A stretch of DNA of 63,179 nucleotides, the filler included, from Reticulomyxa filosa (lineage: Eukaryota > Protista > Foraminifera): NCBI GenBank assembly GCA_000512085.1. It is 24 parts of 24 records of this genome, joined end to end, with 100 filler letters (N's around TTAATTAATTAA, not from the genome) between each part and the next. Parts side by side here need not be neighbours in the genome. Positions count along the whole stretch, not along the records: positions 1 to 4,798 come from ASPP01019198.1; positions 4,899 to 9,387 come from ASPP01009583.1; positions 9,488 to 11,450 come from ASPP01012696.1; positions 11,551 to 12,975 come from ASPP01038019.1; 20 more parts are not named here. One strand, given 5' to 3'. This document shows positions 1 through 12,368 of this stretch, piece after piece. Within the stretch, counting starts at the first letter, position 1; every line of letters starts with the position of its first letter. Under the pieces are notes generated by a model. The model was not told where the DNA came from. It ran no database searches and saw only the letters and a list, made by a program, of their open reading frames with translations. A program made the position numbers and the translations under genes.

Positions 1-840
1 CCCAATTTGCAAGATATTACGCTACCAGATTCACAAAATGGCATTCACGAAACAACAACAGAAGAGAATACTAGCAAATCACAGAAAAATCAATCGTTTA
101 CTTTGAGTTTAAATGAAAACTCAAATCACTTGTTCAGCATGCAAAATCACACAGACATACGTGTGCATATGCATGTTGTCGCTTCTCTTTGTTTATCCGT
201 TTTCAGATCTCTTCTTACGATTATGATGTTTGTTTGTTTATTTCTTTCGAACAATATGTGACAAGGGGTCCCTTCAAAAAGAATTCAATGGAGTAACAGA
301 GGTCTTCCCTACATTGATTTTACTCGTGGAGGACCCAACAAATCGCAGCCGAATGAATTATCTCGCCCTAATAAACAAAATGAAAGAGAAAACGAATTGA
401 CGTCCGCAACTTCAGTTGTCGATTGTTCACAAAACAGTCAATTGGGTAATAGTAGACGTGACAATGGTAAGAAAGAAAATGCTATTGATGATGAAAGTGG
501 AGGTGACGACAGGGACAAATATCACATCAAAATCCACTCTGAACCAAGGAGAAATTTTAACAATCCTGATCTTATTCGGAAAGTAACATTGTCACCCATC
601 CCACAAACCAAAGAAAAGGACTTTTCGTCCACTGGAATTGAGAATTTTGCAGAAGATTTTGCGAGCTCGAAAGACAACCACATATCTGATGGTAACTCTG
701 CATCTTTATCTCTTGTTCATATGGAGCAAGTTTACTTCTGTGTTTTTTGACTACAGGCATGCGATTCGCTGGATCGAGGAAAACACAAAGAGAAGGTTTG
801 CCCGAGTTTCTCAGAGAATTTTCACCTGACACATTTTTAA
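1..840 (+). CDS. Hypothetical disordered protein, 3' part, spliced
   Basis: Hydrophilic S/N/E-rich open frames at 1-~160 and ~267-729 separated by a T-rich GT..AG segment. No recognisable domain. Confidence 0.4.
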
Positions 841-3800
841 GATGTGCTACCCCAAGCGCACAACTGGGTAATACACAGCATGAGATTAGTGTCACTAAAT
901 CAGAACTTTTACATGAATGATCGGTGATTATGTTTTATAATATATCACATATTTTATGTATTCACTGCTATTTTGCGTTCATTTTTATCCATTCAAAAAA
1001 CAATCAGTAATCAAAATAACACTTTTTACTATTTTTCAATAATCAGAAATCTTTGAAACCATCGTCACAAGAACGGTTACAGTAAATACAAAAAAACAAA
1101 TTAGCAAAAATATCATAATTTTGATGTCATGTATTATTCACTGTCCTCTAATAGACATTTAAAATATCTTATTGGGAAGAAGTAAGAACTTTCTAAACAT
1201 CAACATAATACCTCAAAAAAGCTCTCAAATGAACTAGTAAAACGTTTTTCTTCAAAATTTGATTTTTTTAAATGCCTGCAACAGGATGGGGTGCATGTGA
1301 CTACTTGCTCCGTTAATCGCCATTTTTTTTGCTAATATTACGTCAGTGCTAACAAAAGCGAGTTAAAAGTATATTGTACAGACTTATAATAATCACAAAA
1401 CAATATTATGTTCTAGTCAAAAAACAAGCAACTAATTCAATTTTTTTTTAAAACAAATTGATATGTTTGTAAGTCAAGTGATAACCAAGGAACACTAACA
1501 CAATTGATCATTCACTTGTAAATATAGATATCAAAATTGTAACGTCATAAGTAACATTAAACTTAGATAACTGTTTGTAAATCATTATGTACAAAAAATA
1601 ATATTGGGGAAAGAGCATATAATTGAAGAAAGACAGTACATTATAAATGAATTTCATTAAATAAACTATTCTAAATCTATATAAATAAACAAATATAATA
1701 TCATATACAATTTAAATTCATACGACATTCTATATGTCGATGAGCATATATCTAACAACAATTTCTTTGGACTATTCTTTGATTCGTCATTTCTTATGAT
1801 GAAATTAATATACAAAAATTACGTAAGAAAGAAAACATTGTTCTAATTTTAAAACTAGATCGAGGTCACAACATATGCAAAAATTACAGATTTATTGTTA
1901 TCTGGGGCTATGAAACTATTTGAAAGAGTTATCATAATGATATTGATTTGGCATTTGACGAAAACGAAGTAACGTTAACTTTTTTTTTCATTTATTACAG
2001 AAAATCGAATTTGAACATTCAAGAATATATAACTATTATATTTAAATCATAATTATTATAATTACAGGAAAGTAAAATTGATGATACATAAAGTTTAATT
2101 TAAAAACTGAAAATTTATATATTTGGTACAAAAGTCACTTATTAAATCTAATTATTTTAACATTTGTACTTTATTTTTTTTTGAAAATGCTTAAAAAAAA
2201 GCTGGCAAATTTCATGGTTACGACGCAGTCACTATTATAACTTTGTCTCTAAAATTAGTAAATATTTAATAAAAAACTAAATTCTAGATAATATTTAACT
2301 ACAATTATCGTAGATATTTTTTTAAATTAGACGTCAATGTTGTTTTTTAGTGAAGAAAATCAACTATCTCTATATAAAAAAAAATATCCCCCTTAATCAT
2401 CTAAAAGCCAACAGGGGTAACAGCCGAGCGAAAGGGAGTGGTAAGAATGCCAAAATAAATCTCCTCATCACGGACAGCATCATTTAAATGTGCGGAAAGC
2501 ACTCGTGCCAGCAACGTGCGAAGGGCCGCAGGCCCCAAGCAAGAAAAGGCCACTGAAGGCCCAGAAACCAAAGAACAGGCCCTAAAGAACCGGAAATCAA
2601 AGACAAAAATGCTTCAACAAATTTTATGTTTGTTTTGCTTTATTTTTGAGTGTAATAGTTTTGTTCAAATTTGTAAGTGGTGATAACTGAGAGTGTTGAA
2701 TTTTATCAATCTTAATTTGATTAATATTTAACTTTCAAACAATCTGACGTCACCACTTACCGAAGTCTCGTAGAGTCTGAAAGTGGTCATCATTGGATTC
2801 ACTCTGAGATGCACAAAGTGAGGCAAGACTATCAAATGTGTGATGATCACATAAAGTTTTGGGAGTTAAATTGATATCATTTTGAAATGTTATAAAAGGA
2901 TAAATAAATTTTAAAATAAAATTATTGCTTCAATGTTGAAACTTGAATGTTATTTGTTGGCTACTTTTTGTAACGTATTGTATTATTTAGTACTGTGTTC
3001 AAGTTTGAGTGAGGTGCTTGTTTTACAATATTTTTCTTTTTGTCAATTCAACAAATTCATTCTTCCAGCTAAAAAAAAAAAAAAAACATCTGCTAGTTGA
3101 AATGGTGATTTATTTGATTGCGGCATCATTGCAATTTGCATTGGTGGATTGGATTGAATCTGTCGTACTATTTTTTTATATTTTTTTAGATGGCTAAATC
3201 CAGGTAAAGGTTCCTTTCCAAGTTAAAAGAAGCACCTCGTCAAAGATTTAACACAGTACTTCCCAAAAAACAAAACAAGGAAAGTCACACTTTCAAACAA
3301 AATAAAATTGAATTTTACTTAGAAAATTTGAAAAGAAGGCATTATCAGGTCAACTCAAGTTGTGATTGTTGGTTGTCCAACATCATATGCAAAAGCATGA
3401 TCAAATATCATTTCAAAATCCAAAACAATTAAAATGTTCACACAAAACACAATTTGTAACTATAAAATCAGAGAAAAACTCTTCAACTAACAACAAAATA
3501 ATTTTAATTTGAAAAAAGATAAAAAAGAAGTAATGGCATGCTCAGTGGAGCGGCTGTGCAAGAATATGAGACGACTATTCTTCATAAAGATAATATATAA
3601 AAAATTTCTAACAAAATTAACTAAAACCAAACCAAAATAAATTCGAAATCTAAAAAAAAATTTCCTTACGCAAAATTTATTTCATACTTTCAGTGTCAAC
3701 TTTGCAATCTGTAAGTCGCATTCGAGGAGTCACAAGGGGTTGGAAAACACAAAACAACATTTGTGTGCTTCTTTGGGGTTTGTGGGACCTTGGACACGAT

Positions 3801-4109
3801 AAAACGCACCTGTAAGTCGCCTCGCGCTTTGAAACGGAGGCCAAAGCCTCCGCCAAAATTTGCTTTTTTTAAAAAAATATTTTTTGAAATGATCGCCATG
3901 GGAGATGTATTTTGGACATTGTGCCCATTCCCTGGCTGTTTGCACTGTTTTTTGGCTATTGACTGCCAATGATTATGAAGAGGCTTGATATTTTTTTTTT
4001 CGGCACTCCAGCATCAGCTTCATAAATGCAGACAATTTACCAATCAATGATATATATATAATTTAAATGGGTCTTTGTCGAAATTTAAGAAGAGGAAGCT
4101 GTGAAATAG

Positions 4110-4440
4110 TATTGACTGTCATAGGCAGTCTGGTTCATCACACCAATAATTCGGTACATTACAACACTTTGTATCCTTTCCAATCGTCTCTTATGAGCGT
4201 CTGCTGCACCATACTCGACACTCGGACGAATGATGGTCTTGTATAATAGATTATATGTGGATAAACTTGATCTGATACCTTTGTATGGACATAAATAATT
4301 GCCACGTCGTCAGCAAACATTCCACATTGGATAGGTTGATGAATGACTGTAAATCATGGATAAAGCAGATCCTTGAGGAACTCCATATTGAATTCCATCC
4401 AATCTGAATTAGTTCCATTCAAGAATCTTGATCTTTCGAT
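4110..4440 (-). mobile_element. Decayed non-LTR (LINE) retrotransposon reverse-transcriptase relic
   Basis: Minus-strand translation gives YGVPQGSALS, GMFADDVAI, LYKTIIRPSVEYGAA and RLERIQ in the canonical LINE RT order, with frameshifts and internal deletions. Confidence 0.85.
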
Positions 4441-4798
4441 CAATTATCAATATTTTTTTTCAATCTCAATCTAAAGAAAAATTTTTTTTTAACTAGTAAA
4501 ATTTTTTCTACTAGTTGATGTACAAGATAACAAACGAAACAGTCGAAACAAAATAATATTAACAAGACATAGCACTAAATATACAAAACGAAAAAAGTAC
4601 AAATATAAAAAAGTTTTGATCAGCAATTTTCATCTTTATACTGGACTTGAGCCTGTTTGAGTGAGGATATTGATTTGGCTGCACATCTGGAATACCAATT
4701 TCAGATGTGTGAATGTACGCTCTGGATAGAGCTGATAATTTCCCGCTCCAACTTATTTTTAAATCACTTTCGACGTTGTGATTATTTTTTTTTTTTTT

Positions 4799-4898
4799 NN
4801 NNNNNNNNNNNNNNNNNNNNNNNNNNNNNNNNNNNNNNNNNNTTAATTAATTAANNNNNNNNNNNNNNNNNNNNNNNNNNNNNNNNNNNNNNNNNNNN
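4799..4898. other. Artificial contig linker N44-TTAATTAATTAA-N44 (first of 23)
   Basis: Identical 100-bp spacer with stops in all six frames. Other copies start at 9388, 11451, 12976, 18090, 24358, 29196, 31369, 32978, 35170, 37447, 40005, 41469, 43730, 48895, 51577, 53289, 54648, 55781, 57281, 59176, 60276 and 62013. Confidence 0.98.
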
Positions 4899-5047
4899 TT
4901 ATTATATATATATATATAATATACATATATAAATATATGTTTTGAGTTGGATCAACTAGTATTCTCTCCCCTTTTTTTTTTATTTCAAAAAAAAAAAATC
5001 GTATACATCTTGAATTCAAACATAAAAAAAAAAATTGTTTCCTCAAC

Positions 5048-5773
5048 TTTTCCATGACTAAATAAACAGTATTTTTGGTTTCAAACAAATCATATAATTT
5101 GACGACATTGGGGTGGTCTAATCTGCGGAGTATTAACACTTCGTTTTGTAGCTGTCGTGCGTCGTAATGGCGTTTACTGATTGCCTTGACTGCGACCTCT
5201 TCGTTGCTCACTCTGTGTCTCGCGGATACTACTTTGGTTGTTCCGTCGTCATTTTGTCCCAACAACTCTTCAAATCTGTTGTGTGCATGTGCACACTTAT
5301 TTGCTAATCTGACTCAGCAAAAAACATTTCACTAAAAAAAAAAAAAAAAAAAAAAGAGAGAGAAATAACTTGTATACATCTTTAATATGCAATTTGGATG
5401 CCTTTTGGATGTGAGTCAACCATGCACTACATTCGGTTGTATTGGCTGCCCGAAATGTGTACCGTTTTTTTTTGGACAATAATTCAAACGTTAGTTTCGA
5501 TGTTTTCATTGAATTTTTTATTGTTGTTCCCTCCAGTGATATCACTCGCTCCAACACTTTCGCATGTTCGGTCTCTGCCATTAGTAAGAAATTATTCGAC
5601 AATGCAAAGTATCTTCGCTTCCATGACTTTGTCGATCTCGTTCGCACGTCTAAGTATCCACTAAACTCTTTTTGCTTTGGAAACGGAGATTTGCCACGCT
5701 CTTTCAAAACATCATCAACTGGATCTGTTGGAGCAGATTCATAACGTCCATGTTTTAATGCTGAAGTTGCCAT
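5048..5773 (-). CDS. PH-domain + CAMK-type Ser/Thr kinase, 5' part (truncated by contig end)
   Basis: PH motifs FSGYL..WKRRYFAL..W. The predicted intron 5369-5276 joins this to a kinase N-lobe: VAVK, EVLILRRLDHPNVVKLYDLFE, YLVME. Confidence 0.9.
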
Positions 5774-6442
5774 GCAGATTATTTTTCAACCCTTCCAACC
5801 AGAAGAGTTTTTTTGGACTTGACAACAAGCTCCAAAAAACAAACGGTAAAAAAAAATGCCAGTTACAAAACACGAAGAGTTAATGCTCTTTCATGCAACT
5901 GACAAAAACAACCTTGACACGTGACTATCAATTGAAACTTTCTAACTTTCACAATTAATAATAATTACAAGGTAGTAAAATCCACAACATTCCAATTATT
6001 TTATATTCCCGAATGGATATCTTCTAAATTTTCAAAAATTTTTGAAAAATTTAAATTGTTATCTTTTTACAATTGATTATTTTTACTTGCTACAGCAATC
6101 CTCTTATCAGCACTTTCTTTGGGTAGAAGCTGGATTACTCAATATAAATTACCTGATATTTTATAGAAAAAAAAACAGCAAGCATTTCAGAATTAAAATC
6201 AATAAGATTGCATCAACGAATGATGAAATACTTGGTTCCTGCAACATCAACAAAAAAGACTTTATTTTTTAATCATGCACGCTTTACAAAATATTTTTAA
6301 CTTCTTTAGAAGTCGTTTGTATTTTTTATTGTTGTTTTACAATGATTAATACTAATTTTTGTTTGCTAACACAGCCAAAAATGCTTTGAAAAGGCTCAAA
6401 ATCATGAATAAAACATTTACGTAAGGAAAGTATTCTTCCCTT

Positions 6443-7237
6443 TTATTGATTTGAAAAGTTATCTGTTATTTGTACATTGGCGTTTGGTTGTTGCTCGACG
6501 GGCATTAATTCCACTTTTTTCTCGCCCTCAACTTCCCCTTCCCTTTCCTCCTCCCCCTCTCCCTTCCCTTCTTTGTTTTCCTCCGGTGCATCATCGGCAG
6601 ACGGGGCTGCTGCGTCCTTTTCACTTTCACTTTCGTTTGTGAGAGTACTTCGATACATTTTACATATCAATAAGGTCATTATAAATGCAATGCCAAGTAT
6701 AACTCCAATTCCGATGGGAGATCCCATTAACTGCAGTACTATCCATTTTGTTATTGTTTGTCGCATAGTGTGAGCTAAACAAAAAACGGCAATTAAAAAA
6801 TAAAATAAAAAGGTACATTGTGAGCCGAGCGAATTGTCCTTGCTACTTTTTTTCTTAGATTTGGTTGAGGTCGGCTTTGACGTAGTTGTAGAAGTCTTTG
6901 TAGGGACGGAAGTTTTAAAGGATGTGGGCCCAGATACCGACGTTGGTTTTTTTGTCGGTGTTTTCTTTTGGGAGGTCGCTACATCGAAAGACATACCCAC
7001 ATTTTTGCTCTTGCTAGTCCAATGATTCGATTCACTCTTTTGCACACATGTGCTATCCTTGCCACATTCCCATTTCATTTCCGCACAACATGACTTCTCT
7101 CCATACAGTTCACATCTCCCCTGACAATTCCATGACATCCCCTTACAACTGTCCGTAGCTCCGCATTTCCATTGCACTGACCCTATTGTTTTTTTGTTTG
7201 TTTTTTTTTTTTTTTGTGATTAACTACTTTGACAATG

Positions 7238-7268
<31 letters not shown>

Positions 7269-7853
7269 CACATACACACAAAGGTGCATTAAACCTGCGT
7301 AATCTGAAACTATGACATACATATCTTGACAGGACTGTGGGGTCATGCAATTAATGACCGCACTACCGTTGTCTATTAATACTGTTGTATTCAAGCAAGA
7401 TTGAGCCGAATGACATTGGATCATATGCTTGCTTTTACTTGCATGTACGTTCACAACAGCTCCAGAACATCTTTTTGAATATAACAGGCACACCGTGTTT
7501 ATCAATTTTTTTGTGCCAAACAAAAAAAAAAAAAATATTAACGAATGGGAGTCCACACAATCAATTGCACAATCACCAAACCCGTCACTCTTTGAATTAC
7601 ATCGCAACTGGCCCATCGCACAAGATTCGATACCCAAACATTTCAAATTTTCAAAGCCTTTGACAGTGCCATCTAATACTTGACCGAAACATTCTCTTTC
7701 CTTTCCTTACACACCATTTATATTGTTTTTGTATCCATTTTTACCACCCTTTTGTCACTCTTTTCTGTTCTCTTAACTGCATTCTAAGATTTCATTTCCC
7801 CACACCCATTTGGATATTATTATATACAAGATTACAACCGGTAGAAAAGACAT
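6443..7853 (-). CDS. Cys-rich type-I membrane/surface protein
   Basis: ATG 7853 starts a signal-like MSFLPVVILYIII. Cys-rich repeats (CxGxxSC) are followed by a Thr/Ser/Lys stalk, a TM segment IGIGVILGIAFIMTLLIC and an acidic tail. Several introns. Confidence 0.7.
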
Positions 7854-9024
7854 TATATTCAAGAGACAACGAAAGTGAACAAATTTGCCAAAAAAAAAAG
7901 CAATTTTAATTTTTAAAGGATTTTCTTACGTCTTTTTAACTTTTTTTTGATCTTTCGAAAATTCTTATTTGCTTTTTTAAATTTTAAAAAAATACACTCG
8001 TGCTTTTCTCGTATTTTTTAAAATATACGTAATTAAATTTTCTTTGCGTTTTTTGCTTGGATTTAATATTTATTTCGCTTTTTCTTTTAAAAATGTATTG
8101 ACCATATGTAGGGCTAGACCCTGGTTTTGTCATTTATATTTCTTTTGATTTATTTGTCTATTTTTGTTAAAAAAGTTGCTTAAGAGAATAACATTTCGTA
8201 TTACACTTTGCACTAGTTTTGTGTGACAGTCATTACCCTCATATATTTTTTTTATAAACAAAGTAAATTTGATTGAATTCAAGAGTAACATCGAAAAAAA
8301 TGCCTCACTAAAACAGATCTTCTAATTTTATGCAGAATTTAGTTACTTAATTTAGCACATAATATTCGTCATTCTTATTCTTTGTTTTTGCCTTAAGAAC
8401 AGTTAAGAAGAAAATAACAAAAAGAATTTCAATTATTTTGGATGAAGTTTATATCGATCAGCATGGCCTTGTTTCAAAAGTTTGAATCTTTTATTGATTT
8501 TTGAAAATTTTTGAGAAAAATTGACAGTCTTGCACGTGTCGTAACCATGAAATTTGCCAACTTTTTTTTTATTGTATTGTTTACTTGTTCTCCAGACGTG
8601 AAAGTGTAAGTTTTTATTCTTAACAGTTTGACGTTAATTACATTTCAGCAGTTTATTGCAGTAACAAAAGCACAAGATGTGCAAACTATGTTGATATCTC
8701 ATAATTAAAATCCAGAATGTTGAAATTTGGGCTGAACTTCGTCCCAGTAGAGCCTTGCTCTAACATCGAAAATTCATTTTGTTTATGTTGTGATAATAAA
8801 AAAATTTATTTTCTAGATTGTAGTCATTTGATATTCTAAATACTTTTGTCAAGGTAACACCTTAAAGATATTGAGTCACTGATTTTTGTTCGGTAGTTTG
8901 TTGACTCCTTTTTTTTTTTGGGCATACTTCCAAATACAACATTTTGACAAAGTATCACATTATGCAATCGCATAAAATCTTCAAAAATGAGCAACCACGA
9001 CATATAAAACAATAAACAAAAGAA

Positions 9025-9360
9025 TCATTTCACAAATTGAGTATTGTAATTTTCGATTTTCTCAATGTTATAATGAATTGCAACTGTGAAATTATTTTTT
9101 GACGGCAAAGCATTGCGCAGTGTCACGGTTCTCTGCGACATATTCTGAGATAAGTTTGTCGACAGAAAAGACATATTTTGTATAAATTCAGTGATGTTAT
9201 GACTTTGTTTGGTCATCGACCGAAACAAAAGGAAGCTGTTCAGATGTTTGTTGTTCGTCATCCGCGGCCACCTTATCTTCTGTGTCTTTCTGATCTTTTG
9301 AGTTAATGCGGACTTTTCTTGCAGGCCGCAGTTCTCCTTCTCTGTACCATAGTTATCATT
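9025..9360 (-). CDS. Terminal exon of unknown gene
   Basis: GC-elevated open frame next to the contig end. The frame is ambiguous. Confidence 0.3.
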   Translation of the reverse strand, partial: NDNYGTEKENCGLQEKSALTQKIRKTQKIRWPRMTNNKHLNSFLLFRSMTKQSHNITEFIQNMSFLSTNLSQNMSQRTVTLRNALPSKNNFTVAIHYNIEKIENYNTQFVK

Positions 9361-9487
9361 TCAAACATACACACACACACACACACANNNNNNNNNNNNN
9401 NNNNNNNNNNNNNNNNNNNNNNNNNNNNNNNTTAATTAATTAANNNNNNNNNNNNNNNNNNNNNNNNNNNNNNNNNNNNNNNNNNNN

Positions 9488-9543
<56 letters not shown>

Positions 9544-9601
9544 ATATGTACATAAAGCTTATGATTCTATGCAAACAATAAAGTTAGAGACATATTCTCG
9601 T

Positions 9602-9637
<36 letters not shown>

Positions 9638-11330
9638 CCAATGTCGGCTGCTTCGCCAACAAAGAATGGATTAGCAACGCGTATTGGCACTATTTCTCAA
9701 TGCAAAAGGAAAACGAGTTTGAAAAGTCAATGAAAAGGTACTTGCATGAATACATCACCAAAATTAACAAAGCTTACAAAAGTCGATTGGATGCCATTGA
9801 ATTTGTTGAATGTGCTATGGTATATACAATATGCATATGTGTATATTGTATATTCGCTCCTACTTTTTTTTTTTTTTACATTTATTCCAACAAAAAAAAA
9901 AAAGGTAGCGGAAAATGTGTCAGCGTTTGAGACGCTGACAGAGAACGTGCCGAAAAAATATAGACAAAACTTGCATCGAAGCATGGGGGCAGAAATGATG
10001 CGTGAAGACAACATCGGGATGCCTCCAGACTACTATTACTCGTACTCGCCTTCGATGTTGACTCTCATTTGCAACGAACGCCCCAAAATCATCAGTCTGA
10101 TGAAAGAGGCATGGGCACAGATGATTTCCAAGCTGCGTATCCATCTGCCGTGGCCTTCCGGCAGAATTGTCGGAAACGCCGATTGGACACGAACTTTACG
10201 AGAAAACGAGGTTTTTTATAAAGTCAAAATCCCATTTTCTGTGGTAAGTTTTTTTTTTTTTTTTTTTTGTGGAGAAAGTTACTAAATACATAAATAAAAT
10301 GTACACATATTTATTTATTTATTTATTTTATTTGTTTGTTTGTTTAAAGCCAATCGAATGCCCCTTTTGTCAACAAGTGATGGAGAAATTCCAAAAGAAA
10401 TGCAAGGAGTGCAAGGCGCATCGACAGTTGTATCGCGTGTTCCAAGGTGACGTCGGGATTCTCAAAAACCCCTGCTTGCACCCCAGAGGCTACCGTCGCT
10501 TCATCGCTGTGTGCAACGACGAGCTCGACCGCATGTTCGACGGCGAGTGTCTCTTGTTTTCCACTCATCCCACCTGCAAGACGTCCCCTGTCTTTGAGTG
10601 CAGTGGAGGTGATCTCGATGGTGACGATTTTTTGGTCATCACGTTTTAGTGTCTTCTACTGTTTATATATATATATATATATAATGTTTGCGTGTGTTCC
10701 GGATTGATTCTTTTGTTGTAGTTTTAAGAACAGTTCCGGAACACACAAATGTATACATAAATCGACAACAACTAGATAACAATAATAACAATAACAATAA
10801 CAATAACAATAAATATGAATGAATTAGACAAGAAGATTTGTTGCCACGACGCGATATAGACGATGTGATTCCCAAACTCGTATATGACGACTACAGCGAT
10901 GCGAATGCGACCAGATCCAAGTACCAATCGGAATACGCGGATGACTTGACATGCGTCAAGTATTATTTGGATTTTCAATTGTATGATAACTTGACAGTGA
11001 TCAGTACGGTGCACGAGGCGCTGAGTGAGCACAGCACGGAGGGCGTCGGTTCACTGATTTGCACGCAGTTGGCGAAGCTCCACTCCTTGGCCATTGACTT
11101 TGGCAAAAGTGGCTATCGCGTCAACCTCCCAGAAAATATCTACAATTTGGGCGAGATCAGACTCCACAAGCTCCGAGTCTATCCGCATTACCTGGTCAAG
11201 TTGCCTTGGTCCAATCAATTCCGCAGTCCGCAAATCAAGGGCCGTCTCTTTGATTTCATTTTGGAGAATTTGTATGCGCTCAATTGGGAACACCTGTTTG
11301 GAGGCAAATTTGCTACGTTTGCAAGAGATT
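9638..11330 (+). CDS. RDR: Eukaryotic (RNAi) RNA-dependent RNA polymerase, catalytic region, partial
   Basis: Motifs in order: GRIVGNADWTRTLRENEVF, KNPCLHP, CSGGDLDGDDF (DLDGD at 10611-10625), LAKLHSLAIDFGKSG, YPHYL. Four exons joined by GT-AG introns. Confidence 0.95.
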
Positions 11331-11550
11331 GCAATATTCCTATTTCTGTGTTAATTTTACATATATATGTACATATATATTTATATACATGTATATATAA
11401 TTAACAGCTCCGTTTTTTTTGTTGTTGTTTTTTTTTTTTTTTTTTTTTTTNNNNNNNNNNNNNNNNNNNNNNNNNNNNNNNNNNNNNNNNNNNNTTAATT
11501 AATTAANNNNNNNNNNNNNNNNNNNNNNNNNNNNNNNNNNNNNNNNNNNN

Positions 11551-12368
11551 AATACAAATTTATCTGTGAGTATCCAAGTGATATTGAATTACATGGACAC
11601 TGTGTAATGAAACTATTAAACAACAACAAAGACATCAACCAAGTCAATTTGTTGTCTTTTGGATCTACTTCGTCTGGGGGAAATAAACATACATTGATGA
11701 TGAAATATTTAAGTGTTTGGAGTAATATATTAGATATATCAAATGAATCAAACAGTTATAATCAATGGACTCCTTTCACAGACAATCAAAATCATTCAAT
11801 TATCATTGGAAGAGATAATGATGATTATGTTGGAGCTAGAGCAGTAATTGGTGGAAGCAACAATAATTTGTTATTTATCACTTATTTTAAAGATAATATC
11901 AGTGTGTTTGATTTAAATACATTTCAATTTATTAAACATGATACATTGACAAATTCTAGTGATATTCAATTTCATTGCTTTGTATCAAAGTCAGAAAATG
12001 TACAAGGACAAGAAATTGCGAAAATCAATCAAATTCTTTTATTCAAAGAGAATACAGGATTATCAATTGAATATGATGAAAATAAAAATGATTTTCAATT
12101 TAATCAAATACTGGTATGTAATGATGTTGCACAATTATATAAATATGCATACGTATGCATCAATGATACTATCTTGTTCTTTGGTGGATGTAGTTGGGAT
12201 TTTAGTGTTATGTCAAAATTATTATACAAATATGAAGTTCGAGAAAACAAATGGATGGTACTTCAAAATACTTTACCCATTCAATTATATGATTGCTATG
12301 TAATATTAAACGAAGAAGACAATGATATAAATATAATTGGAGGATTGTCCAGCTTTTTAATACATTAA
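11551..12368 (+). CDS. Kelch-like beta-propeller protein of a lineage-expanded family, partial/possibly decayed
   Basis: CEYPSDIELHGHC..LLSFG, ARAVIGG, HCFV, ILFFGG..KY..NKW, IIGG. The frame breaks down after 12368. Confidence 0.75.

Noticed and set aside
9638-11330. Viral RdRP / endogenous virus
   Set aside because: The DLDGD double-psi-barrel signature and spliceosomal introns mark it as a cellular RNAi enzyme.
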